Assembly (NCBI GenBank): GCA_030390025.1
Contig: CM059432.1
Location: 138,944,001-139,008,000, forward strand
DNA length: 64,000 nucleotides
Source: Squalus acanthias
Taxonomy: Eukaryota
Reading direction: 5' to 3'
Shown: positions 24,601 through 36,924 of the stretch, piece by piece
Layout: the number at the start of each line of letters is the position of its first letter
How positions within the stretch are numbered: the stretch's first letter is position 1
Made by a program: the position numbers and the translations under genes
Notes under the pieces: model-generated
Told to the model about the DNA's origin: nothing
Databases searched by the model: none
Seen by the model: the letters and a program-made list of their open reading frames with translations, nothing else

Positions 24601-25395
24601 TTCAATCAAATTTCGAAAATTCCTTTTTTTAAATGAGAACCTATCACACCTGACGTTAATGGTTCATGAAAGGCCATGATGGCAGCTATATCTAGTAGAA
24701 CAGAACTGAGCACTAGACACAGGTCAAACAATCACTGCAGATATTCTACAGAATCTCACTTGTGGCATGGAGAATGAACTTAGCCATGCACCATACCAGA
24801 AACGCCTAGTGTTTGACTTAATAAATCCAGATAGTGGAAGTTTTCTTGGAACTAAGCAGGTTCTCAACCACTGATGAGAGAAGACCTTGATTAAGAAGTT
24901 GATCCAGAAAAATAACATTCCAGTTCTAGATACAAAACCTGATCTGCCACTGCAGAAGCACGTTCTGCCTCTGGAGAATACTGGTTCTGCTCATTGACAT
25001 CACCACCAAGATGATAGTTTTACACAGTCAGTGCGTGCCTTCTACAATATCTATAGGGTGATCAGGAAAAGAGAAGCTTAGAGGACCTTCTCACAACTGG
25101 AAAGGAAAACAAACGGAGTTAGAGTGTAGGTCCTGGGGCTCTATATAGAATGGAGCATGGATCAGATGGGGTGGGCAGTCCTTATACGACAGGGCAAAAA
25201 GAAATATTACCCAGTGCCAATCAAGTCTGAATACGTTCCTCCGGTGTGTTAAAGGATGCTTGAATGGCGCAAGTGTTCCATTTCTCAGCACTGGCATGGT
25301 TCACTTTGATTGAAAAGAACTATATGCCATTTACATTCCTGCCGGGACTCATATTTGCTGAAACATATGAAAACCACAATCTTACGAAAATACAA

Positions 25396-26117
25396 ATTAG
25401 GAGCAGGAGTATGGCCACTCGGCCCCTCGAGCCAGCTCCGCCATTCAATAAGATCACGGCTGATCTGATTACTCCACATTCCCGCCTACCCGTGATAACC
25501 TTTCACCCCCTTGCTCATCAAGAATCTAGCTACCTCTGCCTTAAAAATATTCAAAGACTCTGCTTCCACCACCCTCTGAGGAAGAGAGTTCCAAAGACTC
25601 ACGACCCTCAGAGAGAAAAAATTTATCCTCATCTCTGTCTAAAATGGGCGACCCCTATTTTTAAACAGTGACCCCTAGTTCTAGATTCTCCCACAAGAGG
25701 AAACATCCTCTCCACATCCACCCTGTCAAGACCCCTCAGGATCTTATATGTTTCAATCAAGTCACCTCTTACTCTTCTAAACTCTAGCGGATACAAGCCT
25801 AGCCTGTCCAACCTTTCCTCATAAGAAAACCCGCCCATTCCAGGTAATAGTCTAGTAAACCTTCTCTGAACTGCTTCCAACGCATTTACATCCTTCCTTA
25901 AATAAGGAGACCAATACTGTACACAGTACTCCAGATGTGGTCTCACCAATGCCCTGTATAACTGAAGCATAATCTCCCTACTTTTGTATTCAATTCCCCT
26001 CGCAATAAACGATAACATTCTATTAGCTTTCCTAATTACTTGCTGTACCTGCATACTAACCTTTTGCGATTCATGCACTAGGGCACCCAGATCCCTCTGC
26101 ATCTCAGAGCTCTGCAA
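25396..26117 (-). mobile_element. CR1 3' fragment
   Basis: Minus-strand [34 protein letters not shown]. Confidence 0.92.
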
Positions 26118-26846
26118 TTTTCTAGTTCATATGAGACACCATAATGTTATAGTTAAACATGTTCATCTGTTTCTTTATAAGTTTGTTCACTGCACATGTG
26201 TTTTAGATACGGCATAATAGGTTGCACAAACATGTCAAATTTCTTTATCTTTCACTGTTCCAGAAGAGTATGTTATTTGCTGCAGCACCAAAACTATTAT
26301 ATTCAAAACACGTGTGTGAAAACCATGCAGTTACGGGAAACTAAAAGTTGTTACTTGACAACTCTCAGAAGTTAGGCGATTCAACTGTAAATAAAATACT
26401 ACTTACACTTTCTCTTTTATTGAATCTCATTGGAAAAAAAAGCAGTGCAAATTCATTTCGAAACATTTCTATAAGAAGAGTTTTTCAAATAGGACAGCAA
26501 TTACCTTTAAAAGTCGGTAGGAAATCACAGTTTACTTGGTAAATCATGAGTGATTGTTGTTTAATCTGATAAATTCAAATTAATAGGTTGCTTCTTAATG
26601 ACAAGCATGTTCTCATGAGAAATTGTTTGAATCCTAACCCAATATAAAAGAAAATACAGGTTGGCTACACCTTTAGTTCAAAAAAAAAGTTACAAGTGCA
26701 AAGAACCATTAACCACCTGATTGCATTTAAACCTACTCTAACCAAACAACCATGGGGCAGCCCACACCTATTGGATAGTTAAATCGAGCATATATTAGCA
26801 CAGTTGGTAGGATTATAAATGGACTTCTATGTAAATTACCAGTTAT

Positions 26847-27250
26847 CACTAGAGTTTAGAAGAATGAGAGGTGATCTCATTGAAACGTATAAAATTCTGA
26901 CAGGGCTAGACAGACTGGATGCAGGGAGGATGTTTCCCCTGGCTGGGGGGGGTCGAAAACGAGGGGTCACAATCTCAGGATACGGGGGTAGGACATTTAG
27001 GACTGAGATGAGGAGAAATTTCTTCACTCAGAGGGTGGTGAACCTGTGGAATTCTCTACCCCAGAAGGCTGTGGAGGCCAAGTCACTGAATATATTTAAG
27101 AAGGAGATAGATAGATTTCTAGACGCAAAAGGCGTCAAGGGGTATGGGGAGAGAGCGGGAATATGGTGTTGAGATAGAAGATCAGCCATGATCATATTGA
27201 ATGGCAGAGCAGGCTCGAAGGGCCTACTCCTGCTCCTATTTTTTTTTCTA
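26847..27250 (+). mobile_element. CR1 3' fragment
   Basis: [25 protein letters not shown] followed by a tail. Confidence 0.92.
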
Positions 27251-27336
27251 TCGTAGCCACAAAGGCTAGCTTGCTGCTAAATGGGAGCTACGGGAGCTCT
27301 AAAGCTGCATATAATGTCCCTATAGAAGACTACTAA

Positions 27337-27599
27337 GGGGGCAATTTTAACCTGTCACCTGTTGGGAAATTGACAGAATCGTGTGCAACACAGGTTTTAC
27401 ACCCCGCCCAATTTTACTCTCCACTGAAGTCAAGTTGCGAGTCGACAAAACATTTAACATGTCAACAAGCCTCAGATTTTGAAACAAATCGTGAATTATC
27501 ATTGAGGTCAACGGAGAGTGATCCTGGGCGGGGTGAAAACCAACGTTCCACCCGATTCCGCGGGTTTCCCACCCGACAAATTAGGTTAAAATCACCACC
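27337..27599. mobile_element. Palindromic MITE (Harbinger-like) with a foreign segment at its centre
   Basis: TIRs gggggcaattttaacct / aggttaaaatcaccacc; inner arms accccgcccaattttactctcc / ggagagtgatcctgggcggggt. Confidence 0.7.
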
Positions 27600-27843
27600 T
27601 CATGTTCGGGGAAAAAAAGTTGAATAAGTATAAATTGCTAAAATATCAAGCAGTTAAATCTACCGACAATGTATTCGATCACCTGACTTACTTTGTTCCT
27701 GCAGTTTTGCTAATTACACAAACAGAACGATAGAAAAAAAATTAAGACGCATTTGACTTTGTAAACTGCATTTGCATACAGCTCGGAGGTGACACAACAC
27801 AAAGAAAATTAAATGAGTAAGTACTATTAGCCGGTTCTCCTAC

Positions 27844-27918
27844 CGTTCCTTCGGAGTCCCAATGCCGTGTTTGCCCAATAAATGGGTGCTAAGATGTTTC
27901 TTCATAACAAAGGCCCAT
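27844..27918 (-). CDS. ZNF407: Internal coding exon of zinc finger protein 407 (second half of a C2H2 finger plus linker)
   Basis: Minus strand reads ...tttttcAG|A TGG GCC TTT GTT ATG AAG AAA CAT CTT AGC ACC CAT TTA TTG GGC AAA CAC GGC ATT GGG ACT CCG AAG GAA CG|GTagga. It has canonical AG/GT ends, is 75 bp long and is phase 2-2. The peptide WAFVMKKHLSTHLLGKHGIGTPKER matches my recollection of vertebrate ZNF407 (..CGVAFVMKKHLNTHLLGKHGVGTPKERKFTC..). Confidence 0.92.
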
Positions 27919-28439
27919 CTGAAAAAATATCAGAAACAGATATTTTGTTAATTTCTACTTTAGCTCATGCCATGTGCCTTGTACTATAGCAAAGGAGATG
28001 AAAGGAAATAGTGCAGTGAGGAAAATACATTGCTAATTGTAATAATAGGAACAGGGCTTAGAAACTCACGCATTAAGGAAGGCTGGGCTTAATTTCGTTA
28101 CTCCTTGTGGTTTCAGTTCAATCCACCAAGCCAACAGATTACAACTGGCTCTCTCCAAGTGCTTCTGTACATGCATGAACACAGATGTGCCTCCTCAGTC
28201 TATGACCTCACTCTCACCAGTTGCTTGCTTAACATTCCTCCATGTGGTTCTGTTATAATGACGCTCACTCCGAAACAATTACACTCACTCCGAAACAATT
28301 ACAAGTGGAAAATCTTGAGCTGCCCATCACTCAAATGCCTCACTGCTAGACGGCCAGGTTTTATCAGTACTCATGATGGGCCACTACGTAATGTGCCAAG
28401 AAGAAGCAATGTATTTCTTAACAGCACCACTTTGGAGAC

Positions 28440-28680
28440 TGGTGGGAAAGGTAGAGGGGGCATGGAGCCCAAAGCTCTGGAATTCCCTCCCTAAATCTCT
28501 CCACCTCGCTCTCCTTTAAGATGCTCATTAAAACCTACCTCTTTGACCAAGCTTTTGGTTACCTGTCCTAATATCTCATGTGGCTCGGTATCATATTTTG
28601 TTCGATAATGCTCCTGTGAAGCGCCTTGGGGAGGTTTTACTACGTTGAAGGCGCTATATAATACACGTTGTTGTTGTTGT
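28440..28680 (+). mobile_element. L2-clade LINE 3' end
   Basis: ctctggaattccctccctaaa..aaaacctacctctttgacc..gcgctatata..(gtt)n. Confidence 0.8.
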
Positions 28681-28697
28681 AGTAGTAGAGAGATCTT

Positions 28698-29742
28698 GGC
28701 CTAGAAATTCATCTCGGACAGTGGCGCAAAACGAGCAATATCGGATTAGGTGTCCGTTATACGCAGCACCTGATATTCAGTTCCATTACAATCAATTACA
28801 AAGGGGTATTGATAGATTAAGTGAATGGGAAAAACTGTGGCAAATGGATTTCAATGTAGGCAAATGTGAGGTCATCCACTTTGGACCTATAAAGGATAGA
28901 ACAGGGTACTTTCTAAATGGTGAAAAGCTAAAAACAGTGGCATAGAGACTTGGGGATCCAGGTACATAGATAATTAAAATGTCATGAACAGGTCGGGAAA
29001 ATAATCAAAAAGGCTAATGGAATGCTGGCCTTTATATCTAGAGGACTAGAATACAAGGGGGTAGACGTTATGCTGCAGCTATACAAAGCCCTGGTTAGAC
29101 CACACCTGGAGCACTGTGAGCAGTTCTGGGCGCCACACCTTCGGAAGGATATATTGGTCTTGGAGGGAGTGCAGCGAAGATTTACCAGAATGATACCCGG
29201 ACTCCAAGGGTTAAATTATGAGGAGAGATTACACAAATTAGGGTTATATTCCCTGGAATTTAGAAGGTTAAGGGGTGATTTGATCGAAGATTTCAAGATA
29301 TTAAGGGGAATAGATAGGGTAGATAGAGAGAAACTATTTCCGCTGGTTGGGGAATCTAGGACTAGGGGACATAGCCTAAAAATTCGAGCCAGATCTTTCA
29401 GGAGTGAAATTAGGAAACACTTCTACACACAAAGGGTGGTAGAAGTTTGGAACTCTCTTCCGCAAACGGCAATTTATACGAGATCAATTGTTAATTTTAA
29501 ATCTTGAGATTGATAGATTTTTGTTAACCAAAGGTATTAAGGGATATGGGGCAAAGGTGAGTAAATGGAGTTAGGTCACAGATCAGCCATGATCTCATGG
29601 AATGACAGAACAGGCTCGAGCGGCTAAATGGCCTCCTCCTGTTCCTATGTTCAATGGAACTGAATACCAGGTGCTGCGTATAACGGGCGGCCGGTCCGAT
29701 ATCACCTGTTTTGCACCACCGGCGAGACAAATTTCTCGGCCC
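28698..29742. mobile_element. Palindromic MITE split at its symmetry centre by a CR1 insertion
   Basis: Left arm 28698-28787 and right arm 29653-29742 are inverted repeats. The innermost 34 bp match at 33 of 34 positions. Confidence 0.85.
28789..29650 (+). mobile_element. CR1 3' fragment
   Basis: LQRGIDRLSEW..WQMDFNVGKCEVIHFG..RPHLEHC..RGDLIE, ending cctcctgttcctatg. Confidence 0.92.
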
Positions 29743-30354
29743 TTACTGCTGTCAGTACAGCAAGGAGTAGTTTTGGTCGAGCCATTAGATTGACGTGAAT
29801 GCAACGCCAAAAAAAAAAATCAATGTAACATGTGGTATTAGTGCCATTCAAAGAGAGGGAACAAAAATGGCAGAAGTTGTCAAAACCTGTAAACTAACAT
29901 GCTTATTTGAAATCAATACCTTGCAGTCAAGTTGCGTGTTGATACAACATTTAACATGTCTACAAGTCTCTGATTTTGAAACAAATCATGAAGTATGCAG
30001 GAACTCAGACAGCCTATAGAGAAATGATTGCCACAAACAAAAATTGTAGATCTGTTTACTGACTAGTAAATCAAAGTAGTTATATTTGGGCTGACAAATT
30101 TTAAAGAGCACGCAAGTCAAGGTGATTCACAACTTTGCACAAAAATAGTCAATTCACAACGTTATGTAAATATCTGTAAATGAGCATCTTAGTTAAAAAA
30201 AAACCAGCATATTAGAATAATAGTGAGGCAATATGGTGTTGTACTTTTTATAAATATTTTTATTGGTCATTTTATTTCCAAGTCATTCCCATTGCTCAGT
30301 CTGCACAGGTTCATGCCTCTGCTGCTAGGAAGGCAGGCTGACTGCTCTCACCAG

Positions 30355-30540
30355 TGTCTGTGTTGAGTATTTTCAAGGCTGAGATCGATAGATTTTTGGA
30401 CTCATGGGGAAGCAAGGGACATGGGGATCGGGCGGGAAGGTGGAGTCGAGGTTGAAGATCAGTCATGACCTTACTGAATGGCGGAACAGGCTCGAGGGGC
30501 TGTATGGACTATTCCTGCTCCTAATTCTTATGTTCTTATC
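30355..30540 (+). mobile_element. CR1 3' tail
   Basis: ttcaaggctgagatcgatagatttttgg...cctgctcctaattcttatgttcttat. Confidence 0.85.
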
Positions 30541-30934
30541 CATGTGCTGGGGGGTGCGAGTTACCATTGAGACCAGACTATCCCGTCTGATTTTTATTTC
30601 CCCTTCCCAGAAAACACACAACTTCCAATTAGCATCCCACAGCTTGAAGTTGCGCATACAGTGAACTGGGCAGAGTGGGAGTCCTCCTGCTTAACAACAT
30701 TGAGCATTAGTCCTCCAATACACTGCTCCACTGTGCTATATTTCTAACCTTAAGTATCTCAACGGCAACAGCAATTTGATTAACCACACAGCTAGCAACA
30801 AACCGGCAACGTTGTTAAAAAGATGCATTACACGTTAACATTAATATATTTAACTTAATACAGCAATATGAATACAAAACAAACTTTATTGTTGCTTTTG
30901 ATGCTATTAAAACATCTGTAATTTAAAATGCCTC

Positions 30935-31317
30935 GATTTTAAAATTCTCATCCTTGTTTTCAAATCCCTCCATGGCCTCGCCCCTCCCTATCTCTGTAAT
31001 CTCCTCCAGCCCTATAATCCCCTTAGACCTCCGCGCTCCACCTATTCTGGCCTTTTGAACATCCCCGATTTTAAATGCTCCACCACTGGCAGTCGTACCT
31101 TCAGCTGCCTAGCTCCTAAGCTCTGGAATTCCCTCCCTAAATCTCTCCGCCTCTCCACTTCTCTCTCCTCTAAGCCGCTCCTTAAAACCTACCTCTTCGA
31201 CCAAGCTTTTGGTCATTTGGCCGAACATCTCCTTATATGGCTTGGTGTCAAATTTGTTTTTTGATAATGCTCCTGTAAAGCGCCTTGCGCTATATAAATA
31301 TAAGTTGTAGTTGTTGT
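30935..31317 (+). mobile_element. L2-clade LINE 3' end
   Basis: FKILILVFKSLHGLAPPYL..AFSCLAPKLWNSLP-like sequence and tail. Confidence 0.85.
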
Positions 31318-32487
31318 ATTACAATTAACATTATAATTACATCACACAATGAGACTGCAATAATGAGTCCAATGAGAATTTGAAAAGATCTAATTTTTAC
31401 ATCAAAAAGAAAGGAACAAGTTCAGATGGAAAAAAAGTCAAATGCCTCAAATCACAAAAGCAAAATTTGTAAAAGTTATTCAAGGCAACATGAACTGTAA
31501 AAGTTATTGTGATTGTTTTAAATGTAGCTGTCCTTCATGTATGTAGTTATCATGTGCTAAGAGGCAACATTCATTGTATTACACATCCATTCCAAAATGA
31601 CAGTGTGCGGGAAAAAGCTTTTAGATAGCATTCAGTATCTTAATTTAGTTCTAGGACAGAACTAAACCTGGTACGCATGTTTGGCAAGATTCAATGTAAA
31701 GTTAACAGCAGCATTATGAAACTATCTTCGTGGCACCTGCTGTAAAGAGTATAGAGTTCCATATTCAAAACGGACATGGATAACCCACTCTTAGCCTGAG
31801 CACCCAAACAAACTTCTCATTTTAACTTTTGTGAAAAACAAGTCTCTTTTAAAAGGTCCTGTAACTTAGTGTTAACTCATTTGTTCAAAACGATACAACA
31901 TAAAATGGAAAATATGCTGCACATGCACAAAGCTTCAAAACAATAAACTCTTGCTCCTCCCCATCACCTCACCACTCGCATTCTCTTCTCCTTCAGTTAG
32001 CAAGGTAGCTCAGGCTGGACTGTGTCGGCCTAGAGTGCCGTTCGGTATCACCTGCCCAAGAGATGCACTCTCCTCGAAGGGTTGGTTTTCCCCAACAGTT
32101 TTATCTTCATCCATCCTTAGATGGGTCAACTCTTGCTACTGTGAGGCACTCAATCTAATAGCTTGGCCAAGCACCAGCAAACAAATCCCACTAGGGATAC
32201 TGGTGCTGGTGTCAGTAAAGGCTGATATTCAAACACAGCTATTGAGCACGTAACTGCAACACTCACAAATAATTAACGGTTCCCATAGGCATCCACCTCT
32301 GGCTAAAATGGGCACTCAAGCCCTCAGACTCTTCCAAACCTTCAAAAACATTGCTTTCAGCATCGACTTACAATAAACGCGCATGGATCAAGCAGATATA
32401 GGCTGATAGATGGAACACCAAAGTTACTGTTTATAAATAGGCCAAGCTTTCCCACTTCTCTCCAATTTTTTCCAACCATCTTTATCA

Positions 32488-32618
32488 CTGACGAAGGGTC
32501 ATCGACCTGAAACGTTAACTCTGTTTCTCACTCTACAGATGCTGCCTGACCTGCTGAGTATTTCCAGCATTTTCTGTTTTTATTTCAGATTTCCAGCATC
32601 CGCAGTATTTTGCTTTTG
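32488..32618 (+). mobile_element. Penelope-derived short repeat starting with a hammerhead ribozyme core
   Basis: CTGACGA-agggtc-atc-gacct-GAA-ACGT-T-aact, then ctgtttctc..gatgctgcctgacctgctgag.. as in the 37457 and 44790 copies. Confidence 0.8.
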
Positions 32619-33224
32619 TATCTTTATCACTTGTTTGTTCCGGTGCAGGTTTAGATATAATTACCAAAGCAAGGTGCTAAATGTTGTAACTGCAAAGAGT
32701 TTAACTATCCTTACAAAGTAGAGCTGGTTGACCAGTAATCTAACCAACTTTCTTGACAAGAGTTATCGATTTGTTCTACTCAGCACTTAAGATAATGCAT
32801 CATTTATCTGTTCACTGTCCAAATCTGTCCTTCTATGCAGTGACTTGATTACTGTGTTTGTCTTTTTGATGGGAAGTTAACAACTCTGTAGATGTTTGGT
32901 TTCTTCAGCAGAGAGAAGATTGCTTTAGTCGCCAATGAAGACAATAAAACAAGTTGGGGCAAGCACACCTCCCTGAAGGAAACACTGCAGAGATGTGATA
33001 AGACACTGAATGTGTATTTACCATTATCCAATGTTTGCAGCCATCCGCAGCTCACTAGGCACGCCATCTTTTCAATGAGGCTCATATATAATTGAGGACT
33101 CTTGAAGTGTTAGTTTGACTGTGAGGTTTCTTTTTATATTCAAGCAGCAAAACTACTTTTTATTCAAAGGTCAAAAATAAAGACCTATCTTAACAACCTG
33201 CCCCTTAGGATTCAGACAGCCCAA

Positions 33225-33645
33225 ACAACAACAACAACAACATATATTTATATAGCGCCTTTAACGTAATAAAGCCTCCCAAGGCGCTTCACAGGAGCGT
33301 TATCAAAAAAAAGCCAAAATTTGACACCAAGCCATATAAGGAGATGTTCAGCCGTATGACTAAAAGCTTGGTCTAAGAGGTAGGTTTTAAGGAACGTCTT
33401 AAAGGAGGAAAGAGAAGTGGAGAGGCGGAGAGATTTTGGGATGGAATTCCGGACCTTAGGACCTAGGCAGCTGAAGGCTGGAGCAATTAAAATGGTGAAA
33501 TGCTTAAAAGGCCAGAATAGGCGGAGCGCAGAGATCGAGGGGAATTATAGGGCTGGAGGAGATTGCAGAGATAGGGAGGGGCGAGGCCATGGAGGGATTT
33601 GAAAGCAAGGATGAGAATTTTAAAATCGAGGCGTTGCTTAACCGG
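33225..33645 (-). mobile_element. L2-clade LINE 3' end
   Basis: (aac)n tail and reverse complement of the 30935-31317-type sequence. Confidence 0.85.
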
Positions 33646-34854
33646 GATTAAAACAGCTCAGGAATCAGTAGCATCAGATTTTTAATGGGAGCAATTGAAC
33701 TACACCTGGCACTGTTGGAGGAAATATGAGTACAAAGCCGTCTGACAGTCAGTTACATTACTCCAGCCTCTTCAGGTGCAGACATCTGAAAAGCTAAAGT
33801 GGAAGTCTCTGCAGAAATACCACCCATTTTTCCTCTGCATTGTACCCATCTTTTGGGCACTATTTGGGAGCAGGGCCGAGAAAAATCAGCCCTATGGTGT
33901 TCAACAGCTTTAGCATATAAAGACAGGTGCAGTCGAGACTCTGTCTTTCATGAGGATGGATAGCAGGATTTGGCATGGTTTTGGAAAGAGATTTGGCTGT
34001 CTTTCCGCAAACTTTGGAACCTGTCGAGGAATCAAAGTGGGTTCAGCGGCCCTTAGACTTTTACCTCTGGTGAGCTGATGATCTTGTCACATTGGGACTT
34101 GCTTCAGAATAAATTCCTTTGTCTTTTGGGTTAGCTGGTCTTTCCCATCTCCTGAAACCATCACTTTTTGGCAATGTCTGCACTTTCTCTTTCAGTAAAC
34201 CAAGGCTGTGTGCTGATGCTAATTTTTTAGAATGTTTAACTGGGCTTGGCGCCCCTGCAGCCCTGATACAGCCCGCTTATCCCGTTGAAGTCTGGATCTT
34301 CTGGCGAGTAGGTTGATTGCCAATCTCAGGTAGCAGCTTCCTGCTCGAGGCCCAACTTACTTCATCTCCTGAGAGAGATGACTAACAGCAGAGAATATAA
34401 AAAATTCCAACATAAAGCTTGGAGATGTGTCCCCGATTATTCCAAGGGGTAATTTGGAAGACGTTTGCATAGCAATCTGACATCACATCCTGTATTATTC
34501 AACTCTGGCAAGTTGAGTTTCATGGATATCATTCCAGTCGCCCAAGCAGCATCACAGCCATAATATTTAATCTCGTGTCTTATACTTGTCCTTCCAACCT
34601 GATACAATTTGGGAGGTGGTGAAATATCCAGGAAATCAACATCAGAAAATGGAAGGCAACAGAAAAAGAGCAAAAAGCACTAGGAAGAAAAATGCACCAA
34701 TGAAAATGATGGCTTAATATTCAAAAAAAGAGATAAATAAAGAGGTGAAATAAACAGCGTGGTGCTGGCCAACTGAAGGAGGCAAAGCTGGCAAGGTATA
34801 GCTGAAGAGTAAAAATAAGCAGAAGAAATTGGCTACTCTATTCTCTTGAAAAGA

Positions 34855-35222
34855 GAAGTATTAAGGGTGACTTAATAGAGGTCTTTAAAATTATGAAAAG
34901 GTTTGATAGGGTAGAAAAGATGTTGCAACTTGTGGGGGAGACCAAAACTAGGGGTCATAAATAATAATATAGTCACTAATAAATCCAGTAGGAAATTCAG
35001 GAGATACTTCTTTACTCAGAGAGTGGTGAGGATGTGAAACTCGCTACCACAGAGTGGTTGAGGCGAATAGCATAGATGCATTTAAGGGGAAGCTAGATAA
35101 GTACATGATGGAGAAAGGAATAGAAGGATAGGATGATGGGTTGTGAGGAGGCTCATGTGGAGCTTAAACACCTGTACAGAACAGTTGGAGCAAATGGGCT
35201 GTTTCTGTGCTGTAAATTCTAT
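34855..35222 (+). mobile_element. Old CR1 3' fragment
   Basis: aagggtgacttaatagaggtctttaaaattatg..tttactcagagagtggtgagg..ctgtttctgtgctgtaaattctatg. Confidence 0.8.
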
Positions 35223-36314
35223 GCAAAATAAAGATAAATATAATTAAACTAAACTGATAAAAGTAGTGCATATAAAACTACTTTTCAAGTCACCTACAGA
35301 TTTAGTTTCCCTAAACCCCAGATACAAAGCTGTACGCTACATTTTCTGGTGGTAGAATAAATTATGCAAAGTGAGATACACCCGGTTCAGGCACTGATAA
35401 TACATCAGGGAGTAAGCAGGGAAATCTTTCTTCATATTCCTATCACGTTCCTGTTCCAGTGAGGGACAAGGACAACACACAGTTAGCAATGTGTTACGGG
35501 GCAGTGATACCTGAAGGGGTTCAAGTGGCATCACATGCCTAGAGAGTGGACCCAGGGTAGTTTACTAAACTTGCGCGTACTTTATGATGTGTTAATACTT
35601 TTACAAAGATTGGAAACTTTTGGATGGCAATCACCTGTGACTGTATTCCATGGCTCAATCTGCTGTGATATTGTCGACATGTATTGAAATGATATACTTT
35701 TTGTTTTGCTGGGAATAGCAAATTACTATGAAATAACATAGTATTTCATTAATGAGTACTCTAATACACAGCCTTTTAAAAAAAAATGTAAAGCTCATTC
35801 TTTTCTTTCTTTCCTCTCTTTTTCCTCCGATATCCTCCCATGCCGTGTATCATTCCTGTCGGAAAGGATTTGCTCCCTCGGCTCTCCCAACATTGTTCCA
35901 TAATCAGCTGCAAAAGGGTTTAGAAGACTGGCTAGTGATGACACTGCTTCAATGTTCCTTCAAGTCCTGTGGTGAGAATGTGGAACTCGCTACCGCATAG
36001 AATGGTTGAGGCGAATAGCATTTAAGGGAAAGCTACGTAAGTACATGAGGGAGAAAGGAATAGAAGGTTATGTTAATAGGGGGAGATGAAGTAAATAGAG
36101 TGGGAGGAGGCTCATGTGGATCATAAGCACCAGCATATTGGGCCAAATGGCCTGTTTCTGTGCTGTAAATTCTATGGAAATACAGAGTGCTTCTCCACAA
36201 TGGCATGGCTACATTCAGAAGCTGATAACATTTGATTTGAAAACAGATAATGCTCTTTTAAAGGTATAGTTATGCTACCCAACTTGTTCTCAGACCAGTA
36301 TCTCTGGTCTCTCC

Positions 36315-36660
36315 TCCCTCCCTAACTCTGTAACCTCCTCCAGCTCTACAACCCTCCGAGATCTCTGCGCTCCTCTAATTCTGGCCTCTTGCGCATTCCC
36401 CGATTTTAATCGCTCCATCATTGGCGGCCGTGCCTTCAGCTGCCAAGGCCCTAAGCTCTGGAATTCCTTCCCTAAATCTCTCCGCTCTACCTCTCTTTCC
36501 TCCTTTAAGACGCTCCTTAAAACCTACCTCTTTGACCAATCTGTCCTAATATCTCCTTATGTGGCTCAGTGTCAAATTTTGTTTGATAACGCTTCTGTGA
36601 AGCACCTTGGGATGTTTTACTACGTTAAAGGCGCTATATAAATATAGGTTGTTGATGTTG
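36315..36660 (+). mobile_element. L2-clade LINE 3' end
   Basis: Same L2 tail motifs as the other copies. Confidence 0.85.
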
Positions 36661-36924
36661 AATGCGATTGGCAGATCTGAGTTCTATCATTGACTATGTC
36701 TCGTTCTGAGCTCTGGGGCAGAAAAGTTTTGATCATGCAAAGAGCAGAGCAAGGAGCTCTACTGCTCAGGGGCTCATTTTCAATGTTAGGTGAGCACAGG
36801 CAGGAACAGGACTTAGAAAAATTAGAGAAATAAGCTTGTAAAGTTCCAAGGAAGTGCAATGGCCCACACTGACATTTTAAAATGAGGCTTTGTCACAAGC
36901 TGTACCCAGTGCAAAGTCCAGTGA

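Noticed and set aside
28264..28303. 20-bp direct repeat
   Set aside because: A simple local tandem duplication with no further structure.
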